IMG/VR virus record: IMGVR_UViG_3300025162_000016 | Span: 248,001 to 312,000 of that record | Strand: one strand, 5' to 3' | DNA: 64,000 nucleotides | Part shown: positions 1 through 10,329 of the stretch, piece by piece | Layout: the number at the start of each line of letters is the position of its first letter | Numbering within the stretch: position 1 is the stretch's first letter | Notes under the pieces: model-generated | The model's database searches: none | The model's input: the letters and a program-made list of their open reading frames with translations, nothing else | Told to the model about the DNA's origin: nothing | Program-made: the position numbers and the translations under genes

Positions 1-295
1 GACATACATTTCCCCATTGCTATGGTATATATTGGAGCTTTGCATTTCTGTATAGTGTCGTAAAGTGCAAACATGTCATATTGACATCCCCCATAAGAGC
101 CAACAAAAAGTTCAATTGGGCTCTTAGATGATTCTGTTTCCATCAGATATATCGCCTTAACCACTAATCCGATTGGCATATTTTCTACATCGTCAAATAA
201 AAATACTCTACGGTTATTGCGATCAACGCCGTGAGAAAATAAAATATCGGTCCAATCTATAGTTGTTTTCATGACTATAAATAGAATAGATATTT

Positions 296-1102
296 TTAAA
301 CAATGTCAGCTAATTTGTTAATAGATAATGTTGAACCGTCCCATATTGCATAATGCATGTTTTTCCAAACGTCCAAACACAAATTATATGTTGTATTGGT
401 CGTTTTTGTTTGTTTTTTCGTTGGAGTCCAATTAGAAGATAATTCAAAGTATGGCTGTGAATCATTAGAATCCTGAATCAACCAAGATGCTGATCCGTGT
501 TGTTGGGGACTATGACCATAAATCTGAGAAAGCCCGGTAATAGGGAGCATCTCTTTATTATGATCACACCACGTAATCCCCCCTACTCGTTGAAATCCTC
601 CACGGGAATGTCCCGCACAAAAAATCCAACTATTTTGCCGGTGACCTTCAATAATTTCATTATCAAGATAATTAGATATTTCTTTTAGAAATGCCGGACG
701 ATTTGTATGAAGATTGGCTATATTTTCCGGCAGATTAGATTTATGTAATCCACCATGACTCAATAACCATGTGTTATCGAGGATATGATAGAATTTAAAT
801 TTATTCCAAACGGTATGATCTATTCTATCCCGAACGATAAAATGTTTCCATTGAGTATATCCAGAACATCTCCAATGTTCTGCTGGGAATGCGTAGTGGC
901 AATCATGATTTCCAAATAAATGGATTCGATTAGGTTGTTTCACCGAATTCTCTAACCAATCACACATTTCGTTAACCGATTCCGGGTCGTCATTGAAGTC
1001 ATCGAAAAAATCCCCGAGGAAAATAATGTCATCTGCCCCAACGAAATCAATGATTTTTTGAGCCGCCTCCCATTGTAAATGTAAATCCGGCAGAATTAGC
1101 AC
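296..1102 (-). CDS. Calcineurin-like metallophosphoesterase
   Basis: Motifs DLH, GDFFD, GNHD, SHGG, GHS in the expected order. Confidence 0.85.
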   Translation of the reverse strand: MLILPDLHLQWEAAQKIIDFVGADDIIFLGDFFDDFNDDPESVNEMCDWLENSVKQPNRIHLFGNHDCHYAFPAEHWRCSGYTQWKHFIVRDRIDHTVWNKFKFYHILDNTWLLSHGGLHKSNLPENIANLHTNRPAFLKEISNYLDNEIIEGHRQNSWIFCAGHSRGGFQRVGGITWCDHNKEMLPITGLSQIYGHSPQQHGSASWLIQDSNDSQPYFELSSNWTPTKKQTKTTNTTYNLCLDVWKNMHYAIWDGSTLSINKLADIV

Positions 1103-1119
1103 ATTATTTTTATCGTTCT

Positions 1120-1482
1120 TTACAATGTTATAATTCTACTTTTTTCTTTCCTCTCCCACCCATATGCATTCATTTGGGTTTCAGGAATTACTTCAAGCGA
1201 TTCATCTATCCCCATAAGAATAAAACAAACGTTTTTCTCTCTGAAATGTTGACTCAAAGGACGCAATGCTTTACTAATTTGTTGTCCCGCTGCCATTCTT
1301 TTAGCCGTTTCAGGCTGATCAATTTTAATGATAATAACGCTATTGGGCAATATATCATCAATATTGATTTTTACTACTTCTGCCTCCTTTGGCAATACTG
1401 CTTCTGTAGGTGACGGAGTTATAAATTCCGGTAAAATCGGTAGGTTTATTATATTATTTTCGCTCATATTTTTTAGGTTCAA
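1120..1482 (-). CDS. Hypothetical protein
   Basis: 120-aa ORF in a tight minus-strand operon. Confidence 0.55.
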   Translation of the reverse strand: MNLKNMSENNIINLPILPEFITPSPTEAVLPKEAEVVKINIDDILPNSVIIIKIDQPETAKRMAAGQQISKALRPLSQHFREKNVCFILMGIDESLEVIPETQMNAYGWERKEKSRIITL

Positions 1483-1636
1483 TTAATTTCGGACAAGAAT
1501 TGCTTTTATGATTAGTCCAGTGTTCGCACATGGCACACCATTTGTTATGCCAATTTATATCGCTATAATTGGTGTTCCAGTTTTTTGGATTATAACCAAT
1601 AATAGGCTTCATTCCTTTACCCGCAGATGTTTTCAT
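1454..1636 (-). CDS. Small hypothetical protein (CxxC)
   Basis: Start overlaps the stop of the kinase gene; CAMC motif. Confidence 0.4.
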   Translation of the reverse strand: MKTSAGKGMKPIIGYNPKNWNTNYSDINWHNKWCAMCEHWTNHKSNSCPKLIEPKKYERK

Positions 1637-2091
1637 TTAATCGTGGTTATTTCGTCAAATTCCGGTGATTGTGGTTTTTCGTAATTACCAATCATTCTAT
1701 CGATTACGTCAACGGGAACATTACGCCCTCCCTCATCCGCTCGTTTAGAATTTCTTTCCAACAATATCTCACGAGGAAATTCGAATGTGATTGCTCGTAA
1801 GTGGGCAAGTTTCTTTTTTGCAATATTAACAAAATCTTTGCGAGCTTTTTTAGAACAAAAACAGGCATCGACGACCACGTTTTCACCATTATTTAACCTT
1901 GATTCCATTTCCTCTTTTAAAAGTGCAAAGGCTTGAGCGGATACAGATTGATCGTCTTCGTTTCTTCCAAGTCTGGCTCGATTGCGGTCTGAGGATAAAT
2001 AAGTGTATTGATTATCAATAGCAAACTTTTCCCCCCATGTGCTTTTTCCACTAGCAGGTGGACCTATCAAAATTACAGCAACATTTTTCAT
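1633..2091 (-). CDS. P-loop kinase, polynucleotide-kinase (AAA_33) type
   Basis: GPPASGKST Walker A, SSDRNR, VVVDA, lid RNSKR..RNVP. Confidence 0.85.
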   Translation of the reverse strand: MKNVAVILIGPPASGKSTWGEKFAIDNQYTYLSSDRNRARLGRNEDDQSVSAQAFALLKEEMESRLNNGENVVVDACFCSKKARKDFVNIAKKKLAHLRAITFEFPREILLERNSKRADEGGRNVPVDVIDRMIGNYEKPQSPEFDEITTIK

Positions 2092-2094
2092 ATT

Positions 2095-3183
2095 TTATTT
2101 TTTAAGAACTTGCCAAAATAGTTTACGTATTTGATCGTTTGATAGTGGTTTGGAATCTAGCAAGGTAAAAACCATTGCACTGCGATTTGTTGGTCCGTAT
2201 GCTGCTGTCACTTTTATTGCCTGATCCTTGCGAGCAGATAACGGTTTGAGAGTTTCATCTACATATTTTTGCATACCGGCGGCGATTTGTTGAACTTCTC
2301 GCCCAGCATCACAAATGTTGCTGGCAAATCCTCTTACCATATTCCAGCATTCGAAATCGAATTGTGTCTGTAATTGTTTCTCAAATTCTTGATATGTTGG
2401 TCGTTTGTAATCTAAAAATAATTCTAAAGTATTTTCAAGGGTCGCACTTTCTTTGAACCGATGAAGTTTAAGATAGACACTGGCTTTAATTTTATGTATT
2501 TCTTGAGAATTATTAGAATATAAACAAACTCCTTCTTTATCTGTCCATGTAGATACATTATCTAATAATTCCGGTATGGATGTAAATGAAAAAGATTGAG
2601 GACGTTTTAGATTTAGTGCCATTCCCAATTTTTCTAACTCTGATTGGGGCATCAAGGAATAATCATTTTTATTTACTGCTCCTACTAACCAAAACTCCGG
2701 CTCCGGTCCATAATCTAAAATAATTTTCAAATTGGGAGTGGTGATTTCACATAAAAGAGTATACTGTGGATTTGCTTTTAGCCATTCTACAACCATAGGA
2801 TACTTGGCTAAACAATATTCAAAGTCAGAAGCATTCCCCATGGTTAAATATGAAAGGGTTCCTCTGGTTCGCATGGATAATTGATTATTAATATAATCCA
2901 AAATAGCACAACTTCCATCAATTTTCTCAACGAATGTACAATTATTAATAGATAAAGGAACGGGAAAATTTTCGGGATTTTCCCCGAAATTTACGAATTT
3001 AAAAAATCCTCCGGAAAGCAAATTACCATCAAAATCCCAAATACTCGACCGGAAGATTTTGTTTTTCTGTGTAAATTTTGTACCGATATGATTTGGAATT
3101 ATTAATTTAGCGGATATACCACAAAAAATCCCTTCTTTTATGATAAATTCGGAAAAATCATAATCTTCAAAGTTTATTTTCAT
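2095..3183 (-). CDS. RNA ligase, T4 Rnl1-like
   Basis: EKIDGS motif I, CEI, EGVCL, KIK motif V; adjacent to the PNK-type kinase. Confidence 0.8.
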   Translation of the reverse strand: MKINFEDYDFSEFIIKEGIFCGISAKLIIPNHIGTKFTQKNKIFRSSIWDFDGNLLSGGFFKFVNFGENPENFPVPLSINNCTFVEKIDGSCAILDYINNQLSMRTRGTLSYLTMGNASDFEYCLAKYPMVVEWLKANPQYTLLCEITTPNLKIILDYGPEPEFWLVGAVNKNDYSLMPQSELEKLGMALNLKRPQSFSFTSIPELLDNVSTWTDKEGVCLYSNNSQEIHKIKASVYLKLHRFKESATLENTLELFLDYKRPTYQEFEKQLQTQFDFECWNMVRGFASNICDAGREVQQIAAGMQKYVDETLKPLSARKDQAIKVTAAYGPTNRSAMVFTLLDSKPLSNDQIRKLFWQVLKK

Positions 3184-3300
3184 ATTTTTTCTTCTTACGT
3201 GACATTAGTCTTAGATTTTACTAGGTACTACCACAATAAAGCTATTTTCGTCTGTGTGTTATTCACTTTGTCATGCATTATATCGATCTAATATAAAAAG

Positions 3301-3690
3301 TCAACTCTTATTTTTGAATGCTGCTTGAATTTGTGGAAATCTATCTAAATAATCACAGATGTTCTTTCGTCCTACTGTATTGAACGAATGGACATAAAAA
3401 CCGGGCAAATCCATGTTATTGTCGAGACAATATTCAACCAACCATTTTGCGCAGTCGAGTCCGGTTTTTTCTACGAAGCCCTCGGTTTTGTTTTGATCTT
3501 CGTAACTAAGGTCATGATCATATGCAATTAAAGCTGGTAATCTTCGGAGAGTTATTATTTCTACAAATTCCTTATATGAGCGAACGATTTCCCATTTATA
3601 ATGAGATGGAAAATCTACCCATTCCCCATTATGGATTGCACGTTTAACTGTTGTCGGAATTCTTACATCGTCCAAAAAAAGATTATACAT
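3301..3690 (-). CDS. Receiver-like domain of the cyclic-phosphate-processing type
   Basis: LFLDDVR, YDHDL, G.DCAKWL, VHSFN..G motifs. Confidence 0.65.
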   Translation of the reverse strand: MYNLFLDDVRIPTTVKRAIHNGEWVDFPSHYKWEIVRSYKEFVEIITLRRLPALIAYDHDLSYEDQNKTEGFVEKTGLDCAKWLVEYCLDNNMDLPGFYVHSFNTVGRKNICDYLDRFPQIQAAFKNKS

Positions 3691-3696
3691 AATATT

Positions 3697-4581
3697 TTAT
3701 CTGGAACCGATTTGAAAATTTAAATATGTTTTGTAACTCATTGCTGTTTTTTTACCAATTGCTTTATTTACTGCTTCACTAGGGACAAACTCATTTTGTC
3801 CCTCTCTGTTTACGTCTTCAATCATAGCAGAAATTATATCTCGCATACGTTCTATATTATGTCCTGGCAATTTATCGAGGATATGTTGGAGTCTTGTTGC
3901 TGTAACATATTCTTCGGCAATTTTTTCTGCATCTTCCAATACCTGCATTTTAGTTGGATCAACTACGGGGCGAGGAGTTTTTGTTTCACGGAAGTCATCT
4001 CCTTTGTGTTTAGCAACAATACGAGAACCGTTGTTTCGAGTTAATTCGATAATTGGTTTCAATACAACGCCTTCCCGTTTTTGGGGATTGACGAGTCTAT
4101 CTCCAAATTGTCCATATGGAACAATCGCCATTCCTGCCGGACAATTGATATCCGCTCCATCTGGTGCAATCATACTCACCCCATTCCGAATGGCTTGCAC
4201 TGATGGAGCATCCCGCTGTTCATCGAGAGTTTTCAAATCGGTGGAAACTTTAACGTAGTGAACAAAAGCTAAACCAAGGGTTTTTACAAAACTTTCTGCA
4301 TTTGGCACGTCTAACCACATATTGTCAATAATGACATCGAATGCGACAAATTTCATTTCCTTGCCATATGTTTTGCTCATGCCTTGGCATTTTCCACCAT
4401 ATACCTCCCCATAAACAGTAGCTTTACGTCCCGCCCCTATTCCTGCTTCGAGTAATTTGGATTTGATGGCATCTGCGTTAAATAATAATATGAATTTTTC
4501 ATGTTTCTCCCCGCCTGAGAAGAATGATAAATTAGTTCCATCCCAAGATAAGTGTGCGCTTGATCCGTGTATCTTTTCCAA
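3697..4581 (-). CDS. RNA ligase, Rnl2-like (true start probably further upstream)
   Basis: EKIHGS, YGEVYG, AFDV, REGVVLKP, AKHK; the frame stays open upstream to ~4695 and encodes GYAHISNLY. Confidence 0.8.
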   Translation of the reverse strand: MEKIHGSSAHLSWDGTNLSFFSGGEKHEKFILLFNADAIKSKLLEAGIGAGRKATVYGEVYGGKCQGMSKTYGKEMKFVAFDVIIDNMWLDVPNAESFVKTLGLAFVHYVKVSTDLKTLDEQRDAPSVQAIRNGVSMIAPDGADINCPAGMAIVPYGQFGDRLVNPQKREGVVLKPIIELTRNNGSRIVAKHKGDDFRETKTPRPVVDPTKMQVLEDAEKIAEEYVTATRLQHILDKLPGHNIERMRDIISAMIEDVNREGQNEFVPSEAVNKAIGKKTAMSYKTYLNFQIGSR

Positions 4582-4691
4582 TGCCCAAACTTCTTTAAAT
4601 AAAAAAATTGTTTGTGCTTCTGGGCGATAGAGATTACTTATATGTGCGTATCCGATATATGCCTTTCCAGTGGCAGTAGTTTTAGATTTTA

Positions 4692-4919
4692 CTAAGCACT
4701 ACCACTATCTAATGTTATTATAGTTCTACTCAGTGGGTTGCTTTCCCAAAATCTTGTAATGTAGTCAACTACAGATTTAGGAAGTTTAATATATTTTTTA
4801 TGAATTGGTTGGATAGCCCACCTTGTAGTTCTATAAATTATTGAACGAAAGAGTTTTGAGTCTTGCGTTTTGAGGATTGAATATTGAGACATTGAGACTT
4901 TAGTTTTGAAACAACTCAT
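4692..4919 (-). CDS. Small hypothetical protein
   Basis: 75-aa ORF; its C-terminal coding segment is duplicated at ~4990-5065. Confidence 0.4.
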   Translation of the reverse strand: MSCFKTKVSMSQYSILKTQDSKLFRSIIYRTTRWAIQPIHKKYIKLPKSVVDYITRFWESNPLSRTIITLDSGSA

Positions 4920-5069
4920 TAAATTAAAAAGTTGTCTATCGGCGTCCGTGTCTTTAGTATAGATATCCAGTGTTGTGGCAGTGGTCTTAGATTTTACTAA
5001 GTACTACCGCTGTCCAATATTATTATAATTCTACTCAGTGGGCTACCTTCCCAAAATTTTGTAATTATA

Positions 5070-5531
5070 TTATTCGGGGAGTGATGTAACCGAATTATAT
5101 AAATCTATTTCATCCTGCATCTCGGCTATTTGAGTTTGTATTGTAGATATAAATATATCACATTTTTCTTGATCGATGAAGCTATCCCATTTATAGGTTA
5201 GTTTTTCTTGATTATAGCCGACTGAGGTAATTTCATCCCCGACTCGTTTCGGCAAAGAATTAAGAAATGCGATATGTGATTTCAATTCCGCCATTCGTTC
5301 CAATTTAGAATAAATGCCGATATTGGCGGTGGAAATCTTGCCTTTAATTTCACCTAATTGAATAGATAGTTCTAAAATCTTATCATAGACCGATTTACGC
5401 TCAATGGTTGATACACTATCACTACGTCTAGCATTTTCCCGTTGAAGAATTTGCTGTTGACGAGCAATCTCACCTGCAAGGCGATTTTTTTGTTTCAATG
5501 CCCATGCTAAAGTTTTAGTATTATTTATCAT
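5070..5531 (-). CDS. Coiled-coil hypothetical protein (DIP1984/DUF6847-like)
   Basis: LAWALKQKNRL N-terminus and heptad pattern. Confidence 0.5.
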   Translation of the reverse strand: MINNTKTLAWALKQKNRLAGEIARQQQILQRENARRSDSVSTIERKSVYDKILELSIQLGEIKGKISTANIGIYSKLERMAELKSHIAFLNSLPKRVGDEITSVGYNQEKLTYKWDSFIDQEKCDIFISTIQTQIAEMQDEIDLYNSVTSLPE

Positions 5532-5616
5532 TGCCGCATGATATCATAACTATGGATTTTGTCAAGGAGAAACATTTTAAGTTGGTTGCGGCAATAGTTA
5601 TTGATAGAACAAACAT

Positions 5617-6642
5617 ATGCCGAAAATTTTATTTATTTGCAAGAAACGCCATACAAACTATGGAATTTCTTATGGGTTATTAAATTCATGTCTTTTTGTA
5701 TCTAATGCTCTAAATAAACTAGGCATTAAATCGAAGGCAATATCCGTAGTTGACAATAACTGTATTGATCGAGAAGTATCACATTATCGTCCCACTCATG
5801 TATTTATAGAAGCATTATGGGTGGTGCCGGAAAAATTTAAAGTATTAATACCACTACACCCGACCGTAAAATGGTATGTTCGGTTACATAGTAAAACGCC
5901 TTTTCTAGCCAATGAAGGAATTGCAATGGAATGGCTAATGGGATATGAGGAAATTCGTAAAGAATATGGTAATCTCATGATTTCTCCTAATTCCAAGGAA
6001 TTGTGTCATGATTTAAATATTTCTTGTCATATACCTACTGCTTATACCCCGAATGTGTATTTTCCTCCTGATCTCCCTTCTATTTCAACTGAAGTATTAG
6101 AACAGCATCCTCCCATTCTGAATGTCGGTTGTTTCGGTGCAATTCGCCCCTTTAAAAATCAATTAGTACAAGCTATTGCTGCCATTGCTTTTGCGGAAAA
6201 GATACATAAAACATTACATTTTCATATTAATGCGACTCGGCTTGAGCAGCATGGAGAACAGACTTATCGTAATATTAAACATCTCTTTAAAGGATCGAAA
6301 CATGAATTGGTAGAGCATCCTTGGTGTGATCATGCGGCATTTATATTATTAGTGAAAAAAATGGATATTGGGTTACAGGTATCTTTTTCAGAGACATTTA
6401 ATATTGTCGCCGCCGACTTTGTTTCGGTGAATATCCCGTTAGTTGGTTCATCGGAAATTCAGTGGTTATCATGCGGTTACAAAGCCAATCCGACTAATAC
6501 TGATGATATTATTTTTAGAATGGGATTTGCTTATTATGGGAAAAAAATAGGACTTCAAATTTTTAATAAAATTGGATTGTATTTTCATAACTCCAAGGCA
6601 ATGTCAGCGTGGATGGAATTATTGCAAGTTGGAAATAGTTGA
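5617..6642 (+). CDS. Glycosyltransferase (GT-B, family 4-like)
   Basis: GCFGAIRPFKNQ and SFSETFNIVAAD (ExF-like) nucleotide-sugar motifs. Confidence 0.75.
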   Translation: MPKILFICKKRHTNYGISYGLLNSCLFVSNALNKLGIKSKAISVVDNNCIDREVSHYRPTHVFIEALWVVPEKFKVLIPLHPTVKWYVRLHSKTPFLANEGIAMEWLMGYEEIRKEYGNLMISPNSKELCHDLNISCHIPTAYTPNVYFPPDLPSISTEVLEQHPPILNVGCFGAIRPFKNQLVQAIAAIAFAEKIHKTLHFHINATRLEQHGEQTYRNIKHLFKGSKHELVEHPWCDHAAFILLVKKMDIGLQVSFSETFNIVAADFVSVNIPLVGSSEIQWLSCGYKANPTNTDDIIFRMGFAYYGKKIGLQIFNKIGLYFHNSKAMSAWMELLQVGNS

Positions 6643-6929
6643 TGTCATCGAAAACGTACTTGACTTTTTCTCGATGTGTGATAAGGTGTTTGAAGCTGGT
6701 AATACGCCAGATAAAAACATATATGAAGAATCGTAATAATAAATCAAATCGTAAGCCACGTAATCGCATTGCCATCTATTATAAGAGTCATGGCCAATTT
6801 ATCGGACCTTATAACGGGATGACGTTTTCACAGAAAGAAATCTCTGGTTTGCGTGAGGATGGTACACTCAATCATGTGAGTAATTATGTCCTTCGCTCTC
6901 CGTTGCAACTTCGTCGCCGGGTAGCATAA
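6639..6929 (+). CDS. Hypothetical protein (likely start ~6722)
   Basis: Basic ORF followed by a terminator. Confidence 0.45.
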   Translation: MMSSKTYLTFSRCVIRCLKLVIRQIKTYMKNRNNKSNRKPRNRIAIYYKSHGQFIGPYNGMTFSQKEISGLREDGTLNHVSNYVLRSPLQLRRRVA

Positions 6930-6940
6930 ATAGTTACAAA

Positions 6941-6977
6941 AAATAGCGCACGGAGTCAATAGCTTCGTGCGCTATTT
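6941..6977. terminator. Intrinsic terminator-like hairpin
   Basis: AAATAGCGCACGGAG / CTTCGTGCGCTATTT stem. Confidence 0.75.
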
Positions 6978-7008
6978 AAATTTAATAAAAATAAAATAAA
7001 ATAAAAAT

Positions 7009-7215
7009 ATGTTGTTTTGGATGCGAGTAAAAATTACGGTTAAGGTTTTCGGTATCTCCGGACCTTTTGAAGAAATTAAAGTTCAGTTGGTTAATGCTCA
7101 CTCGGAACATGAGGCTAAAAAGAAATTTGAAGATGCAATTCATAGAAATAAATCTAACATGCAAGCCGAATCTATTCAATTTCAATACCTCGAATTCACC
7201 GGTACCCTTTCTTAA
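7009..7215 (+). CDS. Hypothetical protein
   Basis: 68-aa ORF after an A-rich initiation region. Confidence 0.45.
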   Translation: MLFWMRVKITVKVFGISGPFEEIKVQLVNAHSEHEAKKKFEDAIHRNKSNMQAESIQFQYLEFTGTLS

Positions 7216-7257
7216 TATTTCCTCTTGACTTTTGATTCTATATCGATATAATCCCAT

Positions 7258-7497
7258 ATGATGAATATTAAAACTGAATTTGGCATTGGTGCGAAAGTAT
7301 TTTTCCTTCAAAATAATACTCTTTATTATAAGGAAATTTCGGAGATTAAAATCTCAGTTAGAATTGTGGCGGGAACTGTTATTAGTTACGTATTCCATGG
7401 GTTGGAATATCATGGTTGTGAAGACACCGAAAAATTTGAATCGGAATTGGCTCTTAGTAAGGAAGAATTAATTGCAAAACTAACGGTAAATTATTAA
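7258..7497 (+). CDS. Hypothetical protein
   Basis: TTGACT promoter immediately upstream. Confidence 0.55.
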   Translation: MMNIKTEFGIGAKVFFLQNNTLYYKEISEIKISVRIVAGTVISYVFHGLEYHGCEDTEKFESELALSKEELIAKLTVNY

Positions 7498-7513
7498 ATT
7501 ATTAAATTAATAT

Positions 7514-7753
7514 ATGGATAAAGTTTGGAAAAGTAAACTGGACGACAAATACGACGTATTTGTTGAGAGCGCCGGAAATGGGTATCAGGGGTTTCTTGTT
7601 ATTATAGCGAACAATAAAGAACTTCTTCGAGAAACCGTGTCTATTGCATATGCTGCGAGATTCGGACCTGATGCTGGAGATGTTTCCCTATGGGAAAATC
7701 GGTGTTGCGAATTGATCGACAAGTTAAATGTTATCCCGGTAATGGAATCCTGA
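7514..7753 (+). CDS. Hypothetical protein
   Basis: Operonic spacing. Confidence 0.55.
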   Translation: MDKVWKSKLDDKYDVFVESAGNGYQGFLVIIANNKELLRETVSIAYAARFGPDAGDVSLWENRCCELIDKLNVIPVMES

Positions 7754-7766
7754 TAAAATATAAAAT

Positions 7767-8267
7767 ATGAAAGCTATAGCGGCAATGGATGTTGATCGGA
7801 TAACCGGGTTTCGTAGGAAGTTGCTTTGGACATCAATTCCCGATAATTTGGAATTGTTTAAAGAAATGTCTGTGGGCAATGCTCTAGTCATGGGACAATC
7901 TATGTTTCAATCCGCCAAGATTTTTCCGGATAGATTTATTTATGTATTGACAAATAATGCTGATAAAATTTCTTCTACAAGTCAACTCATTAAATGTCTA
8001 AACGATGACGGATTGCATCATTGCTATATTAGTGGGGAAACTCTGAAAAAGATGATTAAGAATTTTCCTCACCGGACAAATAATTTTTGGCTATGTGGAG
8101 GTATTAAAATATATCAGGAATTTATTCCGTATTGTAATGAACTTTATATGTCACATGTATTAAATCAATATGAGGGGGATACTTATATGCCGTCATTTGA
8201 AGATAATTTTTCGAACTCTGAAATAGTTAAAGAAACTCGGGATTTTTGGGTGGTTCGTTATTGGTAA
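7767..8267 (+). CDS. folA: Dihydrofolate reductase (divergent)
   Basis: IAAMD..RITG, LLW, LVMG, LTNN, LCGGIKIYQEF, Y.GDTYMP. Confidence 0.8.
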   Translation: MKAIAAMDVDRITGFRRKLLWTSIPDNLELFKEMSVGNALVMGQSMFQSAKIFPDRFIYVLTNNADKISSTSQLIKCLNDDGLHHCYISGETLKKMIKNFPHRTNNFWLCGGIKIYQEFIPYCNELYMSHVLNQYEGDTYMPSFEDNFSNSEIVKETRDFWVVRYW

Positions 8268-8917
8268 AAAACATGAATAAAAATGATTATCGGGAGCATT
8301 ATCGGGATTTGTTTGCGGGTGCGGTATACCGAGGTGAGACGAACTCAAAGAACACTAGTATAGTTAGCGGTGTAGCTTTGCCTATAAAGAATTTATTTTT
8401 GAAGGGGAAGATATATGGGAAGGTAATTGACTATGGGTGTGGGCAGGTTGATCGTAACGGCAAGTATTTGCGGGAAAACGGGTTGAAGGTATATTCATAT
8501 GATCTTAATTGGGGTACCGAAGTAGATGGTTACAGTGGGATAAGCAATATACGGATTGAAGATCATTTTGATGTTGGGTATACGAGTTATGTTTTGAATG
8601 TGGTAGGTGAGAATGATCAGGAGGATATATTGAAATATATGGATGTTCATTGTGATCATCAGTATAATGTGGTACGGAATATGGATGTATATCCGATGCT
8701 AGTTAAGGCATTAGAGCGAAGGGATAAGACGGTTATGGATTTTTATTTAAACAAGTTTGGAGGTAAGCCGGAAGATATTGGAAATAAGGAAGTGATGATG
8801 GCGTTTGCTAAATTTGGGACTAAGACGAGCAAGGGGTTTCAGAGGATAGTATATTTGGAAGGTATGGGGTATAGATTAATAGAAAAGAGTACTGGGTTTA
8901 AAATATACGAGAAGTAG
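8246..8917 (+). CDS. Class I SAM-dependent methyltransferase
   Basis: VIDYGCG, YSYD, FDVGYTSYVLNVV. Confidence 0.65.
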   Translation: MGGSLLVKNMNKNDYREHYRDLFAGAVYRGETNSKNTSIVSGVALPIKNLFLKGKIYGKVIDYGCGQVDRNGKYLRENGLKVYSYDLNWGTEVDGYSGISNIRIEDHFDVGYTSYVLNVVGENDQEDILKYMDVHCDHQYNVVRNMDVYPMLVKALERRDKTVMDFYLNKFGGKPEDIGNKEVMMAFAKFGTKTSKGFQRIVYLEGMGYRLIEKSTGFKIYEK

Positions 8918-9111
8918 ATATAACGGAGAAGGAAGCGTTGCATATTGCGAAGAGCATAGCTAATTCGACAAAAAAGTAAAAAACGACAACAGTTTAACCT
9001 AACGGGGCAAGAAATCCCCCGATAAAAAAGTGGGAAAAGAATTGACAAATTGCGATAGATGATATAGAATGTTAGGACTGATAGAAAATCAAAGCCATCG
9101 CATATAACATT

Positions 9112-10329
9112 ATGATTGATAACGATAAAACAAAGCCCGGCAGCACAGTATCCTTCCTCGATCTTTTTTTAACTCAAGCAAAAACAGTGAAACCGTTTCC
9201 TATTCTTTATTCCCGCACTTCAACCGGGGCGATCCAAACATGGCGGGTGGAAACCGATAATAATAAGTATAGATTTGTCACCGGACAAAAGGGAAGTTCT
9301 AATCTTGTAACAAGTGAATGGACCGTATGTGAAGGTAAAAATCTAGGTAAAGCGAATGAGACTACAGGGGAATCTCAGGCTCTTAAAGAAGCTAAAGCTG
9401 CCATGTCAAAGAAGTTTAAAAGTGGAGGATATTGGGAAAACGAAGCAGATATTGATAAAGTTAGATACATTGAACCAATTTTAGCAAAATCATATAAAGA
9501 TTATGCCGATGTTATAGATTTTTCCACGGAGGAATGGGGAGCACAGAACAAGTATAATGGAATATGCTGCCTAATAACTTCGGGCGGTGCTATCTCACGA
9601 AAAGGTGAAAAATTTGTTAGTATTCCTCATATTGTTGAAAGTTTAAAAGAATTTTTTCAACATCATCCATCGGCGGTATTACACGGAGAATTGTTTAATG
9701 ATGATTATCGTCAACAACTAAATGAAATTGCCAAATTATGTCGAAAGACCGTTCATGTCTCTTCCGAGGATTTTGCTCGAAGTAAACAATTAATACGTTA
9801 TTATATTTATGATGGATATTTTCCCGATGACAATTTGGGAGAATCCTCCCCATATAGAAATCGGAAAGCGTTTATTGATTCGGAAATTATAGGGAAATAT
9901 GCGTATTGCGAACATGTTCCTACCATTTCAATTCATAGTGAAGCAGAGTTGGATATTGAGTTTAAAACCCGCCTTAAACGTGGCGATGAAGGTAATATTC
10001 TTAGGAATATGAATATGCCATATGAACACAAACGTAGTCGGAACTTGTTGAAAGTAAAGGAGTTATGTGATTCAGAAGCAATTATTTTAGATATTAAAGA
10101 GGGTAACGGTAATTGGGCCGGGACCGGAAAGATTATTACTCTTAAATGGAATGATAAGGTGTTTGATGCCACATTCAAAGGAACAATGGAAGAGGGTAGA
10201 ATCTTTTTGAGTGAGAAAAATAAATGGATTGGTCGAGAAGTGACATTTCTATATAATGGTTTAACTGGATTAGGAGTTCCTAATTATGCCAGGGTGGAAA
10301 TCAACAATTGTTTAAAGGGAGATCGTTAA
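9112..10329 (+). CDS. ATP-dependent DNA ligase (phage type)
   Basis: KYNG motif I variant, LHGELF, YIYDG, EGNILR, RSRNLLKVK, C-terminal OB fold. Confidence 0.88.
   Translation: MIDNDKTKPGSTVSFLDLFLTQAKTVKPFPILYSRTSTGAIQTWRVETDNNKYRFVTGQKGSSNLVTSEWTVCEGKNLGKANETTGESQALKEAKAAMSKKFKSGGYWENEADIDKVRYIEPILAKSYKDYADVIDFSTEEWGAQNKYNGICCLITSGGAISRKGEKFVSIPHIVESLKEFFQHHPSAVLHGELFNDDYRQQLNEIAKLCRKTVHVSSEDFARSKQLIRYYIYDGYFPDDNLGESSPYRNRKAFIDSEIIGKYAYCEHVPTISIHSEAELDIEFKTRLKRGDEGNILRNMNMPYEHKRSRNLLKVKELCDSEAIILDIKEGNGNWAGTGKIITLKWNDKVFDATFKGTMEEGRIFLSEKNKWIGREVTFLYNGLTGLGVPNYARVEINNCLKGDR

Noticed and set aside
9550-9570. KYNGIC instead of KxDGxR in the DNA ligase
   Set aside because: The adenylated lysine and the other motifs are retained; cannot show altered function from sequence alone
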